64,000 nucleotides of DNA from a virus (lineage: Duplodnaviria > Heunggongvirae > Uroviricota > Caudoviricetes): IMG/VR virus record IMGVR_UViG_3300033692_000022; one strand, 5' to 3'. Position numbers and translations under genes: made by a program. The notes below the pieces were generated by a model. That model ran no database searches. It was given only the letters and a program-made list of their open reading frames with translations, and was not told where the DNA came from. Shown here one piece after another: positions 37,544-47,901 of this stretch. Position 1 is the stretch's first letter, and every line of letters starts with the position of its first letter.

Positions 37544-38311
37544 ATGAAAGCATTGGTATTATCTGGAGGAGCTTTTAGAGGAGCTATGCACATCGGGGCC
37601 CTAAAGGCCTTAGAAGAAAGCGGATATAAGCCCGACTTGATTGTCGGAACCAGTATGGGCTCTATTGTCGGAGGAGCCTATGCTTATGGATACACTCCTG
37701 ATGAAATTCAAGAACTACTCAAAGAAACAAACTGGTTTAAGATGATCGACCCAGACATTAAAGGATTTCTGTCATCTATACTCCCTTTTTATGACCATGA
37801 ATTTGATGGAGTATTAAAAGGAGATAAGATACTTGAAAGACTACATGATGTGTTTCACGGCAAGGAAGAAAAGATTCCATTCTATGCCATGGCCACAGAT
37901 ATTATAAACGGAGATTCTGTTGCATTAAGGACAGGAAAGCCGGCAGAAGAAATAAGAGCCAGTATGTCGCTTCCTATTAACAATAACTTTGCAATTAATG
38001 TTGCCCTAGAAAAAGGAGCAGACTCAGTAGTCGCTGTTAACGCGGTAGACAGCAAGTTTGACTGGGATAAACCACCTCGCAATGTATTTGAGACTCTTGA
38101 AAGATTCATAGCAATCAGAGGAGAAGAGGTATCAGCCAGACAGAAGGCACATGCGAGAAATGAATTAAAAGATAAATTCACACTTATAGAGCCCGACCTG
38201 AAACCGGGCGACGGAACAGACCCCTCTTTAATAGATACCTATATAGAACAGGGTTACACGAAAGCAGTTACTGAAATCGGAAGGAAGGTGAAACAGGGTG
38301 GAAGGATATAA
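37544..38311 (+). CDS. patatin-like phospholipase lacking the DGG motif
   Basis: LSGGAFRGAMHIG oxyanion loop and GTSMG nucleophile elbow present; no DG[G/A] after ASMSLP. Confidence 0.8.
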   Translation: MKALVLSGGAFRGAMHIGALKALEESGYKPDLIVGTSMGSIVGGAYAYGYTPDEIQELLKETNWFKMIDPDIKGFLSSILPFYDHEFDGVLKGDKILERLHDVFHGKEEKIPFYAMATDIINGDSVALRTGKPAEEIRASMSLPINNNFAINVALEKGADSVVAVNAVDSKFDWDKPPRNVFETLERFIAIRGEEVSARQKAHARNELKDKFTLIEPDLKPGDGTDPSLIDTYIEQGYTKAVTEIGRKVKQGGRI

Positions 38312-39113
38312 CAGAGGTTCGACCTATATTTTATACACAAACTTTACTGACCAAAACGGAACCCCGATAGATCCTTCTTCTGTTGACGCTTCTATTCATT
38401 ATGTAAACGAAACTGTAAACTACCCGGTAATTGAAGGCCTTGAGCTAAATCAGCTACAAACTGGTCTTTATTACGGAAAGTATCAGATTCCAGAAGATGC
38501 TAAATATGGGACCTATCTTTCTATAGTAGAATGCGAAATAGAAGGAATAGTTTCAAGAGGTACTGAAACATTTGTTGTTGGAGACCCTAGCGGCAGTGTC
38601 GGAGGAAATTTAATATCTGTTGTTGGTATTCTGCAGGATGATGATAATGTACCGCTTGATAAAGCAGATGTGAGCGCAACCCAGGGAAATGAAGAGGTTG
38701 CTCGCACTCAAAGTGATAATGACGGCAAGTGGGGGCTGAGACTGGCCCCAGGAGAGTATAATCTCCATATAAGCAGAAACGGATACCTTGCCCGCATGCT
38801 TGAGATAGTAGTACCAAATAATCAGTCATGGTACAACTTAGACATTATAGAGCTTAAGACCAAAACAGCAACAATAGGCCAGGGCGACGGCAGTCGCAAG
38901 GTTACAGATAAAGTCTTCTATAATAATGAAGAGCCACTTGTAAATGTGAGAGTCAGGGCTTACTTAAAAGATAACCCCGAAGAAATAGTAGCTCAGGATT
39001 ACACCGATGAAGAAGGTAGATGGGTACTTTATTTAGACCCGGGTATGTATAACATTAAATTCTATAAATATGGATATCAGGTACCAGACCCACAAACATT
39101 CGAAGTAAATTAA
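38298..39113 (+). CDS. virion protein with prealbumin/carboxypeptidase-regulatory-like repeats
   Basis: Repeated TxSDNDGKW..LAPGEYNL and TDEEGRW..LDPGMYNI. Confidence 0.65.
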   Translation: MEGYNRGSTYILYTNFTDQNGTPIDPSSVDASIHYVNETVNYPVIEGLELNQLQTGLYYGKYQIPEDAKYGTYLSIVECEIEGIVSRGTETFVVGDPSGSVGGNLISVVGILQDDDNVPLDKADVSATQGNEEVARTQSDNDGKWGLRLAPGEYNLHISRNGYLARMLEIVVPNNQSWYNLDIIELKTKTATIGQGDGSRKVTDKVFYNNEEPLVNVRVRAYLKDNPEEIVAQDYTDEEGRWVLYLDPGMYNIKFYKYGYQVPDPQTFEVN

Positions 39114-39126
39114 GGAGATGATTTAG

Positions 39127-39723
39127 ATGCCAACAACAATGAATACTATAAGCTACAACGAATACGGCACCGAAGATACTCTCCTTAATAACAATAAATA
39201 CAGTGTGTTCCTTGAGCTTGATGACCTTACAGTAAGATTCAGTTTTACATCCAAATACAGCCCACTGTATGCAAGTGTTGACATCATAGATGGAGACATC
39301 GGTCCGTTTATAGAAGGATTTACAGAGGAAGAAATAAACAGGCAGATTCACGCTGTCAGTATAGAAGCCCAGAAGATGGCCTATAATGACACGACTTTTT
39401 CTGATGAGGCATTCGATTATGAAAACCCGCCTTATTTTGTAAGACAATATGTAAGATATAAGACAGAATACAATCTGGCCAAAAAGCAGTATGTTAAGAT
39501 GGCCCGGGCGAGTGGTAATGATAAGACACTCGGAGATTTTTCAGTCAGCAAAGACTTTTCACTTTCTGACCTTAAAGAACTTCTTGGTATGTTAAAAGAT
39601 GATCTGAAACCATGGGCCGATGAGCTTACAGGCAGAACAGGCAGGGGGCAAGCAGGAATGCTCTACTTTACTAAGTCAGGAAACAATCCTTCACCTCTTA
39701 CTAATGAGAGGACTGGTTTTTAA
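39127..39723 (+). CDS. probable head-tail adaptor (neck)
   Basis: Synteny and size. Confidence 0.5.
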   Translation: MPTTMNTISYNEYGTEDTLLNNNKYSVFLELDDLTVRFSFTSKYSPLYASVDIIDGDIGPFIEGFTEEEINRQIHAVSIEAQKMAYNDTTFSDEAFDYENPPYFVRQYVRYKTEYNLAKKQYVKMARASGNDKTLGDFSVSKDFSLSDLKELLGMLKDDLKPWADELTGRTGRGQAGMLYFTKSGNNPSPLTNERTGF

Positions 39724-40244
39724 TGAGTATAGACCTAAGAGAAGAAATGAGTGAGATATTAAAAGAAAGCGGCCACCCGGTACTTTTACAGAGGGACAGC
39801 AGAAAAATGCACTGCAGATGCTGGAATCCAGACACTAACGAAGCTAAACCCAGATGTCCATACTGCAACGGCAGCGGCTGGGTAAACAGAATGGAAAGAC
39901 ATGTAGTTAGAAGAGACAGAGGAACAATGCCTATCTCATGGTCGAATAGAGATAAAGATACAGAGATAGGAAAGCAGTTGCAGGACGCTGACGTATACTA
40001 CTTTTCCTATAACTCCTTTCCTAAAGTCGGAGACATACTTTATGAGGTAGGGTGGAATGAGAGAGGAAGACCAACCCATGTAATAAAGGCTTCTAAGATA
40101 AGTTATGTATTCGAACACAGAGCAGATAACGGCAGGATAGAATATTTCCAGGCCAGCTGCTCAAATGAAGTAATGGATAAATCATTCAAGACCATACAAG
40201 TTAGAAAACTTGGTAATATAAAAAATTATGAACCGATCAAATAA
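39723..40244 (+). CDS. probable head closure/neck protein with Zn motif
   Basis: HCRCW...CPYCNGSGW; coupled to the upstream gene. Confidence 0.5.
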   Translation: MSIDLREEMSEILKESGHPVLLQRDSRKMHCRCWNPDTNEAKPRCPYCNGSGWVNRMERHVVRRDRGTMPISWSNRDKDTEIGKQLQDADVYYFSYNSFPKVGDILYEVGWNERGRPTHVIKASKISYVFEHRADNGRIEYFQASCSNEVMDKSFKTIQVRKLGNIKNYEPIK

Positions 40245-40261
40245 GAAGGTAGGGTGTTTTT

Positions 40262-41830
40262 ATGGCAATATCAAACATAGAATATGATTTTAAAAAATAT
40301 AGAAATACCGTACCAGATAATATAGATTCTACTGGGAGAATGGTGATACTTGGTAAGGCTTCTGATGGCCCGGTAATGTCACCAGTGCCAGTAAGAGACC
40401 CGATGAATATCAGCTCCATTTTCGGGAACGAGGATGAAAGCAGGCTTACTAAAGCAGGTAAGATAGTATTCTTAAATGGAGTAGAAGAAGTAATATTAAT
40501 GAGAATCAGCGGGAAAGAGGCTGAGGGTAGACTATTCGGTCTCGATAGAAACCTAAATGTTGTTGATGGTCTAAAGTTAAAATCAATCTTCGGCGGCGAA
40601 AAATACAACGAGATAAAGATAAACTTAAATGATGACTCGATAGTATTTGAATATGAAGATTTTGAGAGAGAATATAAATACGATGAATACCCGACACTCG
40701 GGACCTTAAGTTATGCAATAAACAACGACGCCAATGAAGGCTTAAATTATATATATACTCATACTAATGATAACAACGTAAAATCAAGCTCCTTAAGTGT
40801 GGTAAATGATAGAGAGGTAACGCTTAATGGAGGAGATGATGGACTTGATTTAGATAAAAACGATTTATATATACAACTTGAAAACGCCTACAGCATATTA
40901 TCAGATTACCCGGCTGAGATATTCCTACCGATAGATGCCTATATAGACGATACCTACCCTTATTCCTATTATAATGTAACTCCATTTAATAGCGGATGGT
41001 ATGCAAACCCTAAAGATTTAAGCGAAGACAGATGGCTTACTTTAGTTGAAAAAAACGGCAACCCGTGCAACTTTGGCAAACAGCTCGTAAGGTTCTGTAA
41101 AAAAAGACAGGACGTAGGCTTAAGAGGGGTAGGAGTAATAGGAACAAAGCCTTTTTACAATGACAACTCTTCACTAAGAGATGGAGAATTCTCACACATT
41201 TCAAAGAAACTTTCCAATCCGATCATGAAAAATTCCTTCCGCGGCATAGCAGACAATCTAGTCTTAAACAACCTTTATCTATTAAATGTAGTAGGATCAG
41301 ACAGCAAGACAACATATGGTACCTACTCATTTGAAGAAAACGGAGCCTTAAACTATGCCTCATTATTATCCAAACTTTCAACAGATGTATCACCAACAAA
41401 TAAAAGACTTGAAAACACAGAGTTAGCTTTTGAATATCAGGATCAAGAGATAGAAGAATTAGATGATATGTCATATGTAATCTTTAGGGACTCAATTAGA
41501 AAAGGAGTAGTCCCGGTTAATGGAATTACAATGGCTTCCGCAGAAAGCGGCTTACATTATCTAACCTCTGTCAGAACATTACAGGGTATATTAAGCAGAA
41601 TAGAGAGTTTTACTGATCCAATGATAGGAGAGCCGATAAGGACAAACAATAACTTTGAAACTATAGATGAAGAAATTGATGAAATACTTGCTGAAGATAC
41701 AAATGTTAAAGATTACAACTATGACTTAACGGTCAACGACGTAGATGGGTATATAGAAATAAGATTAGAATTATCCCTCTACTATGAAATAAATAAGATA
41801 AAGACCAATGTTAGATTCAATATAAGCTAG
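40262..41830 (+). CDS. tail sheath-like protein (paralog 1)
   Basis: ILGKASDGPVMSPV, MRISGKEAEG, GGDDG and SPTNK each align with the main sheath 42424..44763. Confidence 0.7.
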   Translation: MAISNIEYDFKKYRNTVPDNIDSTGRMVILGKASDGPVMSPVPVRDPMNISSIFGNEDESRLTKAGKIVFLNGVEEVILMRISGKEAEGRLFGLDRNLNVVDGLKLKSIFGGEKYNEIKINLNDDSIVFEYEDFEREYKYDEYPTLGTLSYAINNDANEGLNYIYTHTNDNNVKSSSLSVVNDREVTLNGGDDGLDLDKNDLYIQLENAYSILSDYPAEIFLPIDAYIDDTYPYSYYNVTPFNSGWYANPKDLSEDRWLTLVEKNGNPCNFGKQLVRFCKKRQDVGLRGVGVIGTKPFYNDNSSLRDGEFSHISKKLSNPIMKNSFRGIADNLVLNNLYLLNVVGSDSKTTYGTYSFEENGALNYASLLSKLSTDVSPTNKRLENTELAFEYQDQEIEELDDMSYVIFRDSIRKGVVPVNGITMASAESGLHYLTSVRTLQGILSRIESFTDPMIGEPIRTNNNFETIDEEIDEILAEDTNVKDYNYDLTVNDVDGYIEIRLELSLYYEINKIKTNVRFNIS

Positions 41831-41841
41831 GAGGCTAAAAA

Positions 41842-42408
41842 ATGGGGGAATATTTACAGGCAGATTCATTTGCTGATATCTACGACTTTACTTCACTTTT
41901 AAATGACATCACCAAAAAAGCATGGGGAGATGACTGGGGACAGATGAGGCCTCATTTTTCCTCTACAGAAGATGCAGAAGATATCCCCTTACCCATTATT
42001 ACTTATGAGGTTGTAGATAGAAAACCAACACCAGAAAGGGGTGAAATAAAACCTAGGATAAGGAATAAAGTTCAAGACCCATACACAGGTGAAACAATCA
42101 ATCTCTATGGACAGTGGTTTGATTATATACTGCAGTTTAATGTATGGGATAAATCAGTCCAGAATGTAATAGACCTTCTGGGGGACCTAGAAAAACTGAT
42201 ACTAACCTATACAGGCTATTTTAAGCAGCAGGGCGTATCTGAATTACTGTTTGAGGAACAGCTTAGAGATGACAAACTGACTAAATGGGATGAATCTTTA
42301 AACGTCAGGTCCATAAGGTACAAGGTAAGAATAGAGGTCCTACAAGTTATAGCCACTGGTGTTTTAGAAGATATTGATATAGAAAAAGAACTTACAGCAA
42401 AACTTTAA
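41842..42408 (+). CDS. probable tail terminator/completion protein
   Basis: Position between the sheath genes; size. Confidence 0.5.
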   Translation: MGEYLQADSFADIYDFTSLLNDITKKAWGDDWGQMRPHFSSTEDAEDIPLPIITYEVVDRKPTPERGEIKPRIRNKVQDPYTGETINLYGQWFDYILQFNVWDKSVQNVIDLLGDLEKLILTYTGYFKQQGVSELLFEEQLRDDKLTKWDESLNVRSIRYKVRIEVLQVIATGVLEDIDIEKELTAKL

Positions 42409-42423
42409 AGGAGGAATAGATAA

Positions 42424-44763
42424 ATGCCAGCACTTACAAACAATTTACCGGGCTTTAAGACAGAGCTCAAAGATGGTGGACTAAGCATTTCAAATAACAC
42501 TAATGCTTCCACAAACAGCATTTTACTGCTTGGTACTGCAGTAGACGGCCCAGTTAAGGTTCCAGTACCTGTTTCCAGATTAGAAGATGGAAAAACAATT
42601 TTTGGCAAAATAAGCGAATATGGAGTTAGTAATGGTGCAACACTTTTAAGAGGACTTCATGAGGCTTGGAATGCAGGTGCACGTGATGTTAGATTGATGC
42701 GTGTTACAGGTTCTGAGGCTGAAGGAGAAATCAACGCTGATACTATTACTACAAATATCCGCCGCGAAAAGCACGAAAATCTTGGACTGGCAAGCGGTAA
42801 CTTAGAGTTTACATTCACTTTAGCAAACGCTCCAGTTTATGATAAGGATAGAATGACAGTATATGCCAACGGGTATGAGATAAGCCCTGATGACATAACT
42901 GTTGATACTGCAACTGGTGAAGTTACTGTTGCCAAAAACGCAGTAGATAGTGACGCTGAAATTAGCATTCAGTACACATATCCAAATGAGACAGTGCATT
43001 CTGTAACTGGCGAGAACATGGTTTCAAACGACCAGTTAGATTACATTTCTCAGAACGGATATATTAACTTCGTAGGCGGCAGTGAGATCGTGTATGTTAA
43101 CGGTACAGAACAGACAGAGGGAACAGACTACACAGTAGATGAAACCTCTGGTACTATCACATTCATGAGTGCTCTTGCAGAGTCAGACGAAGTTACAGCT
43201 GACTTCGACTACACAGAAACTGAAGATATCACTACATCTGAAAGTACAGATGGTGCCGGTGATAAATGGGTAGCTGCAGGATCAGCACAGGTTATGGACG
43301 TTGAGTATAAAGCTATAGCAACATCAGTTAATCTTTATGCTGACGGTCAGCCAGTAGCAGACGATGGATTTAGTGTTAACTCCGACCAGAAGAAAGTTAT
43401 CTTAAATAGTGGATATGCTCCAGTAAATGCTTCACTTACTGTATCTTATGTCTACAGAACAACAAAGACAGAAACTCCATCTATTGAGTTAACTTCTATC
43501 TATGGAGGTAGCCTATATAACAACATCACAGCAGCCGTTGAAGATATGGTAGATGAAAATGGTACTGTAATAGGTAAGAAAGTTGTTATTACTAAGCCTG
43601 CAGAAAAGAAGGCTGAGATGGACGAGGAACCTCTGGAGTACTCTTCAGTAGAATACCCTCGCTTTAATGCACTTGTTAAAGCTATTAATGATGACCCACG
43701 TAACAACATCGTTAATGCTTCAACAGATTACGGTGCAACTCAGACTGTAGACTTACAGCTTGTTCCAGCTAATCCGCTTAAGGGTGGAGACGATGGAATG
43801 GCATTTGGTAAGGACGAGTTATATGAGGTTCTTGCCGGTAAGTATGATGAGGACGGAGAAAAAGTAGAGGAAGGTATCTACGATCTCTTAAGAAACTACA
43901 ATGTAGACATGATTGTCTTACTTGATGGTTTCGCAGACGACGTATTAGCTTCCGACTTGAATGACTTCGCTTATCAGCTTGCAGAGCACTGTGCGACTGT
44001 TAGTGCTCAAAACAATGAGACATTCGGTCTGATCGGAACAAAGTCTATAGCAGATGCGAATCTTGCTGGAGTAAACGACTTTGTTAACAGATTGACTGAA
44101 GACGGTAAAAACGAGTTCGAGCTGAGAAACAAGAATGGAGCCCTAATTATGGATGATGACGGTAACCCTATCGATATTGGAAACAATATTGGTGTTGTTG
44201 CTGGACCTGACTTCGTATTCGAGCATCCAGAACTTGGAAACTACTACGCAAATGGTGCAGCTGCTATTGCAGGATTAATTTCAACACTGTCACCAGAAAG
44301 TGCTCCTACAAACAAGAAGGTTAAGGGCGTTAAAGGATTAAGATATACACTTTCCCCTAGCCAGCTTGGAAGGCTTTCTGATAAGCAGTACCTGACAGCA
44401 AGAAGTAAGTACGGTAAAGGTGTTGTAATAACTGACGGCCTAACAGCCGCCCAGCCTACAAGTGATTACGCTAGAATTTCAACAATGCGTATTACTAATG
44501 CTGCCGTATCTACCGTAAGAGAAGAGTCTGATCCTTTCGTTGGTGAACCTAACGAGCTGGAGTACAGAAATGCTCTTGCAACTGCAATCCAGAGCGGTCT
44601 TGACAGAATGAAGGAAAGAGGAGCCTTAAGAGACTTCGAGTTTGCGATTCACTCAAGTCTTCAGGACCAGGTACTTGGAAAAGCCTTAATTGAGCTTACT
44701 TTAGTTCCTGCCTTCGAAATGAGAGAGATCACAACAGTAGTTTCTCTTAAGCCTGAACTGTAA
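42424..44763 (+). CDS. major contractile tail sheath protein
   Basis: LLGTAVDGPV, SAPTNK, GVVITDGLT and ELTLVPAFEMREI sheath patterns; followed by tail tube gene. Confidence 0.9.
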   Translation: MPALTNNLPGFKTELKDGGLSISNNTNASTNSILLLGTAVDGPVKVPVPVSRLEDGKTIFGKISEYGVSNGATLLRGLHEAWNAGARDVRLMRVTGSEAEGEINADTITTNIRREKHENLGLASGNLEFTFTLANAPVYDKDRMTVYANGYEISPDDITVDTATGEVTVAKNAVDSDAEISIQYTYPNETVHSVTGENMVSNDQLDYISQNGYINFVGGSEIVYVNGTEQTEGTDYTVDETSGTITFMSALAESDEVTADFDYTETEDITTSESTDGAGDKWVAAGSAQVMDVEYKAIATSVNLYADGQPVADDGFSVNSDQKKVILNSGYAPVNASLTVSYVYRTTKTETPSIELTSIYGGSLYNNITAAVEDMVDENGTVIGKKVVITKPAEKKAEMDEEPLEYSSVEYPRFNALVKAINDDPRNNIVNASTDYGATQTVDLQLVPANPLKGGDDGMAFGKDELYEVLAGKYDEDGEKVEEGIYDLLRNYNVDMIVLLDGFADDVLASDLNDFAYQLAEHCATVSAQNNETFGLIGTKSIADANLAGVNDFVNRLTEDGKNEFELRNKNGALIMDDDGNPIDIGNNIGVVAGPDFVFEHPELGNYYANGAAAIAGLISTLSPESAPTNKKVKGVKGLRYTLSPSQLGRLSDKQYLTARSKYGKGVVITDGLTAAQPTSDYARISTMRITNAAVSTVREESDPFVGEPNELEYRNALATAIQSGLDRMKERGALRDFEFAIHSSLQDQVLGKALIELTLVPAFEMREITTVVSLKPEL

Positions 44764-44769
44764 AATAGA

Positions 44770-44786
44770 TTGTCGATTACAACAAC
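44770..44786 (+). promoter_or_regulatory. putative late promoter motif TTGTCGATTAC, upstream of tail tube gene
   Basis: Exact repeat of the 11-mer. Confidence 0.65.
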
Positions 44787-44841
44787 CAAGTCCCGGGCAA
44801 GCCGCCCGGGCATAATATAAAACTTACAAGGAGGCACAAAA

Positions 44842-45543
44842 ATGGCTAACACTAAAACTGGAAACAACCTGGTTGACCAGTATAGAAAGACTTTCACATC
44901 CTTTAGTGGAGCTGATATTGTTGCTACATTTGCCGGTAAAGTTATCGGAGAATTACAGCAGATCAGTTACAGCGTAAGCAGAGAAAAGGCTCCTATATAT
45001 ACATTAGGTAGCTCTAATCCTCGCAGTTTCTCAAGAGGTAAAAGAGGTGTTGCAGGTAACTTAGTATTTGCGGTATTCAATAGAGATGCTCTTGTTGAGA
45101 CTCTGAAAGAAGAATTAGGAGACAGCTTAGGATATACAGCTGGAGGTAATACTTCTAAAGGTCTCGAACAGATCAGTAAGGGAAGAAATGATATCTTAAG
45201 AAAGAATAAAATTCTGGCTTCCACAATGGAAGACTGGAATGCTGCCACAGAGTCATTCCTAGATGAAGATAACGGTGGTTTCGTGCAGATGGACGACGTT
45301 CATCACGCAGATCAGCTACCCCCCTTCAACATAGGCGTGAACTTTGCTAATGAATACGGGCAGCAGGCACACTTTGAGCTTTACGGTGTTGAAATCCTAA
45401 ACGAAGGTGCAGGAATGTCTATTGATGATGTAGTTACAGAAAAAGCAGTTAGTTTCGTTGCTCGTAATGTAACTCCTATCACATCTGGACCTAAAAACAG
45501 TGGTGGATCAATCAGCGAACGTGAAGGTAATATAGGTGGATAA
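44842..45543 (+). CDS. tail tube protein
   Basis: TSFSGADIVA..GELQQISYSVSREKAPIYTLG..RGKRGVAGNLVF; follows the sheath gene. Confidence 0.85.
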   Translation: MANTKTGNNLVDQYRKTFTSFSGADIVATFAGKVIGELQQISYSVSREKAPIYTLGSSNPRSFSRGKRGVAGNLVFAVFNRDALVETLKEELGDSLGYTAGGNTSKGLEQISKGRNDILRKNKILASTMEDWNAATESFLDEDNGGFVQMDDVHHADQLPPFNIGVNFANEYGQQAHFELYGVEILNEGAGMSIDDVVTEKAVSFVARNVTPITSGPKNSGGSISEREGNIGG

Positions 45544-45579
45544 TACAAACATGCGCGGGGGAGACCCCGCGTTAAGGGG

Positions 45580-46830
45580 GTGAAAAACATGGGTAAACTA
45601 GAAAAGCAATTATTAGATACATATCAATCTTATTCTGGAGTTGATATTGTAGCAACGGTAAATATTCCAGGACATGGAGCAATAACAATAGGAGAATTAC
45701 AGACAGTAAGTTATTCTACACACAGGGAGAAGTGGCCAGTAAGAGCAATAGGGCACACTAAGACTAAAGGATATACCTACGGTCCTCGTACCGTTGCCGG
45801 TAATTTAATATTTACAGTTTTCGACAACCATGTTTTTTACAGATTATTAGACAAACAAGGTATTGAAAATAAGAGGATACTATCAGATGAACTCCCTCCG
45901 TTTGATATTATCATAACTTTCGGCAGCGAATACAGCAAAAAATCAAAGATGGTAATCAAAGATGTGACAATAGTAGATGAAGGTCAGGTAATGAGTATCA
46001 ACAATATGATTACCGAAAACCAGATGTCTTTTGTCGCTAGAGATGTTGATTTGATGAAGCCGACAACAGAGATTCACCATTCAAGAACAGAAAAAAGAGA
46101 AGTAAGCAATATATCAAAAAGCAATTTCGAAACAGAGATAAAGCCGGTGCAAAATGCTGGGGAAAGAGTACCCAATATAGACTATCCAGTAGGAGATATA
46201 ACAGGAAATATAACCACAGAGGAAGGTCCGCTTACAGATACCAGAGTAAAGGCTAAGTCCTCAGCTCACGGAGATATTGCCGAGGTATTCACTAATGATA
46301 ATGGAGACTTTAAGTTTATTGATATGAAGGTCGGCGAATGGGACCTAATGGTAGATAAAGAAGGTTTTGAGGAATACGAGAAGGTAGTCGATGTAAAACC
46401 AGACAGCCAGACTAAACTGAATGAAATCTTTTTAAAGTTTAAAACTCAAAACATTCAGCGTATAGAACCAGCATACAATATAGTACCAGATAAAGAATTA
46501 GTCGCCTGTAAAAATGAGACAAGAGAACTTGGATGTATTGCAATAGCAAAGACCGGTTCTTCAATCACTGCAACACTTATCGAGTGGAATGTAAAAGTAT
46601 TTACAGATAATGAAGATCTTAAAAGTATATACGGTAATGACTGGATGATGCACGACCTAAACAAGCTAGATAATAATAATGTATCAGAGGCTGAGTTTAC
46701 AATACCAGAGGGCATGAAGCCCGGGGATAGAGTGCTTGTTAGAGCAAGAGCTCTTGGAGAAGAGAATGTAAACTTAAAGCCACTTATATTCAGTATAGAC
46801 GTGGTAGAAGGTGAGACTATTGGAAATTAA
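45580..46830 (+). CDS. tail-tube paralog with C-terminal carboxypeptidase-regulatory-like domain
   Basis: QSYSGVDIVA..GELQTVSYSTHREKWPV..GPRTVAGNLIF aligns with the tube protein. Confidence 0.75.
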   Translation: MKNMGKLEKQLLDTYQSYSGVDIVATVNIPGHGAITIGELQTVSYSTHREKWPVRAIGHTKTKGYTYGPRTVAGNLIFTVFDNHVFYRLLDKQGIENKRILSDELPPFDIIITFGSEYSKKSKMVIKDVTIVDEGQVMSINNMITENQMSFVARDVDLMKPTTEIHHSRTEKREVSNISKSNFETEIKPVQNAGERVPNIDYPVGDITGNITTEEGPLTDTRVKAKSSAHGDIAEVFTNDNGDFKFIDMKVGEWDLMVDKEGFEEYEKVVDVKPDSQTKLNEIFLKFKTQNIQRIEPAYNIVPDKELVACKNETRELGCIAIAKTGSSITATLIEWNVKVFTDNEDLKSIYGNDWMMHDLNKLDNNNVSEAEFTIPEGMKPGDRVLVRARALGEENVNLKPLIFSIDVVEGETIGN

Positions 46831-47521
46831 AAGAACAGATTATCCAGCAGAATATTTCTCATCAGCAGATGTTTCAATATTTATAGGTAATCAATTAATA
46901 GATGAAATAAACACACTTTCTTTTCAGCTGCAGGAAAATGTAATGCCGATCAGCGGCTATGCAACAAGAACATTTGACGAAGTGGCCAGAGGTAAAAGGC
47001 AGATAAGAGGAAGTTTTTCCATAAACTTTAAAAGCAATAATTATCTTAACGATATCTTTCAGGAATATACAGAAAAGAAAACACCAACTAAAAAACAGAA
47101 AGCCTCCACCCTGCTCAGAGAAGAATATACCTCACCGGGTTTTAATGACCCGATAGAGGAGATGGTTAAAAAGAGCAGGAACGAGGCAGAGTTTAATGCA
47201 GAAGTAGAAAGACTCAAAGAAAAATTCTGGGGAGCAGAAAAAGCCGAGTCAAGTCGTGTAAGAAATAATGAACCTTACTTCTTTGAAAATGGAGAGGTAG
47301 ATGATGCACAGTCACTTGAAGAGTATGAGAACCTAAGAAAGAAGGGTTTCACCATAGAGATACAATATGGTGATGGTTTTAGAAGAGATGGAATGCAGAA
47401 TAATGAAGCCATCAGAAAACTATATGGAGTGCAGCTTACAGGTTTTGGCCAGAGAATAACCTTAGAGGGCCAACCGGTAAGAGAAATCTATTCATTCATG
47501 GCCAAAGATTTAAGCAGATAG
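46811..47521 (+). CDS. tail-tube paralog 3 / tube initiator
   Basis: YFSSADVSI..LSFQLQENVMPISGY..RGKRQIRGSF. Confidence 0.65.
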   Translation: MRLLEIKRTDYPAEYFSSADVSIFIGNQLIDEINTLSFQLQENVMPISGYATRTFDEVARGKRQIRGSFSINFKSNNYLNDIFQEYTEKKTPTKKQKASTLLREEYTSPGFNDPIEEMVKKSRNEAEFNAEVERLKEKFWGAEKAESSRVRNNEPYFFENGEVDDAQSLEEYENLRKKGFTIEIQYGDGFRRDGMQNNEAIRKLYGVQLTGFGQRITLEGQPVREIYSFMAKDLSR

Positions 47522-47556
47522 TAGTACAATATATTAAATAAAAGGAGAGGTTAAAT

Positions 47557-47901
47557 ATGAGTGATAAAAACAAAGAAAAGATTTTTCCAGGTGGACCTAC
47601 AAAGGATCAGTTAGCAGGATGGAAAACAGAACACAACAATAAGGTATACATGAGTGAATTTGAGGACCAGGCATTTATCTGGCGACCTCTTACAAGGTTT
47701 GAATATAAATCGATACTAAAACTACAGAATGCAGATGCACTATTTAGAGAAGAAAGAATATGTGAGACCTGTATTTTATGGCCAGAAAACTACAACTATG
47801 ATTACATGGCAGAAGGTGAAGCTGGTATTCCTAGCTTACTTGCTGAACAGATTATGGATGCTTCTGGCTTCACGTCCAGTGGTGCGGCAAAAAAGCTCTA
47901 A
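47557..47901 (+). CDS. tail assembly chaperone (gpG-like)
   Basis: FIWRPLTRFEY; ends on an A AAA AAG slippery site just upstream of the tape measure gene. Confidence 0.85.
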   Translation: MSDKNKEKIFPGGPTKDQLAGWKTEHNNKVYMSEFEDQAFIWRPLTRFEYKSILKLQNADALFREERICETCILWPENYNYDYMAEGEAGIPSLLAEQIMDASGFTSSGAAKKL

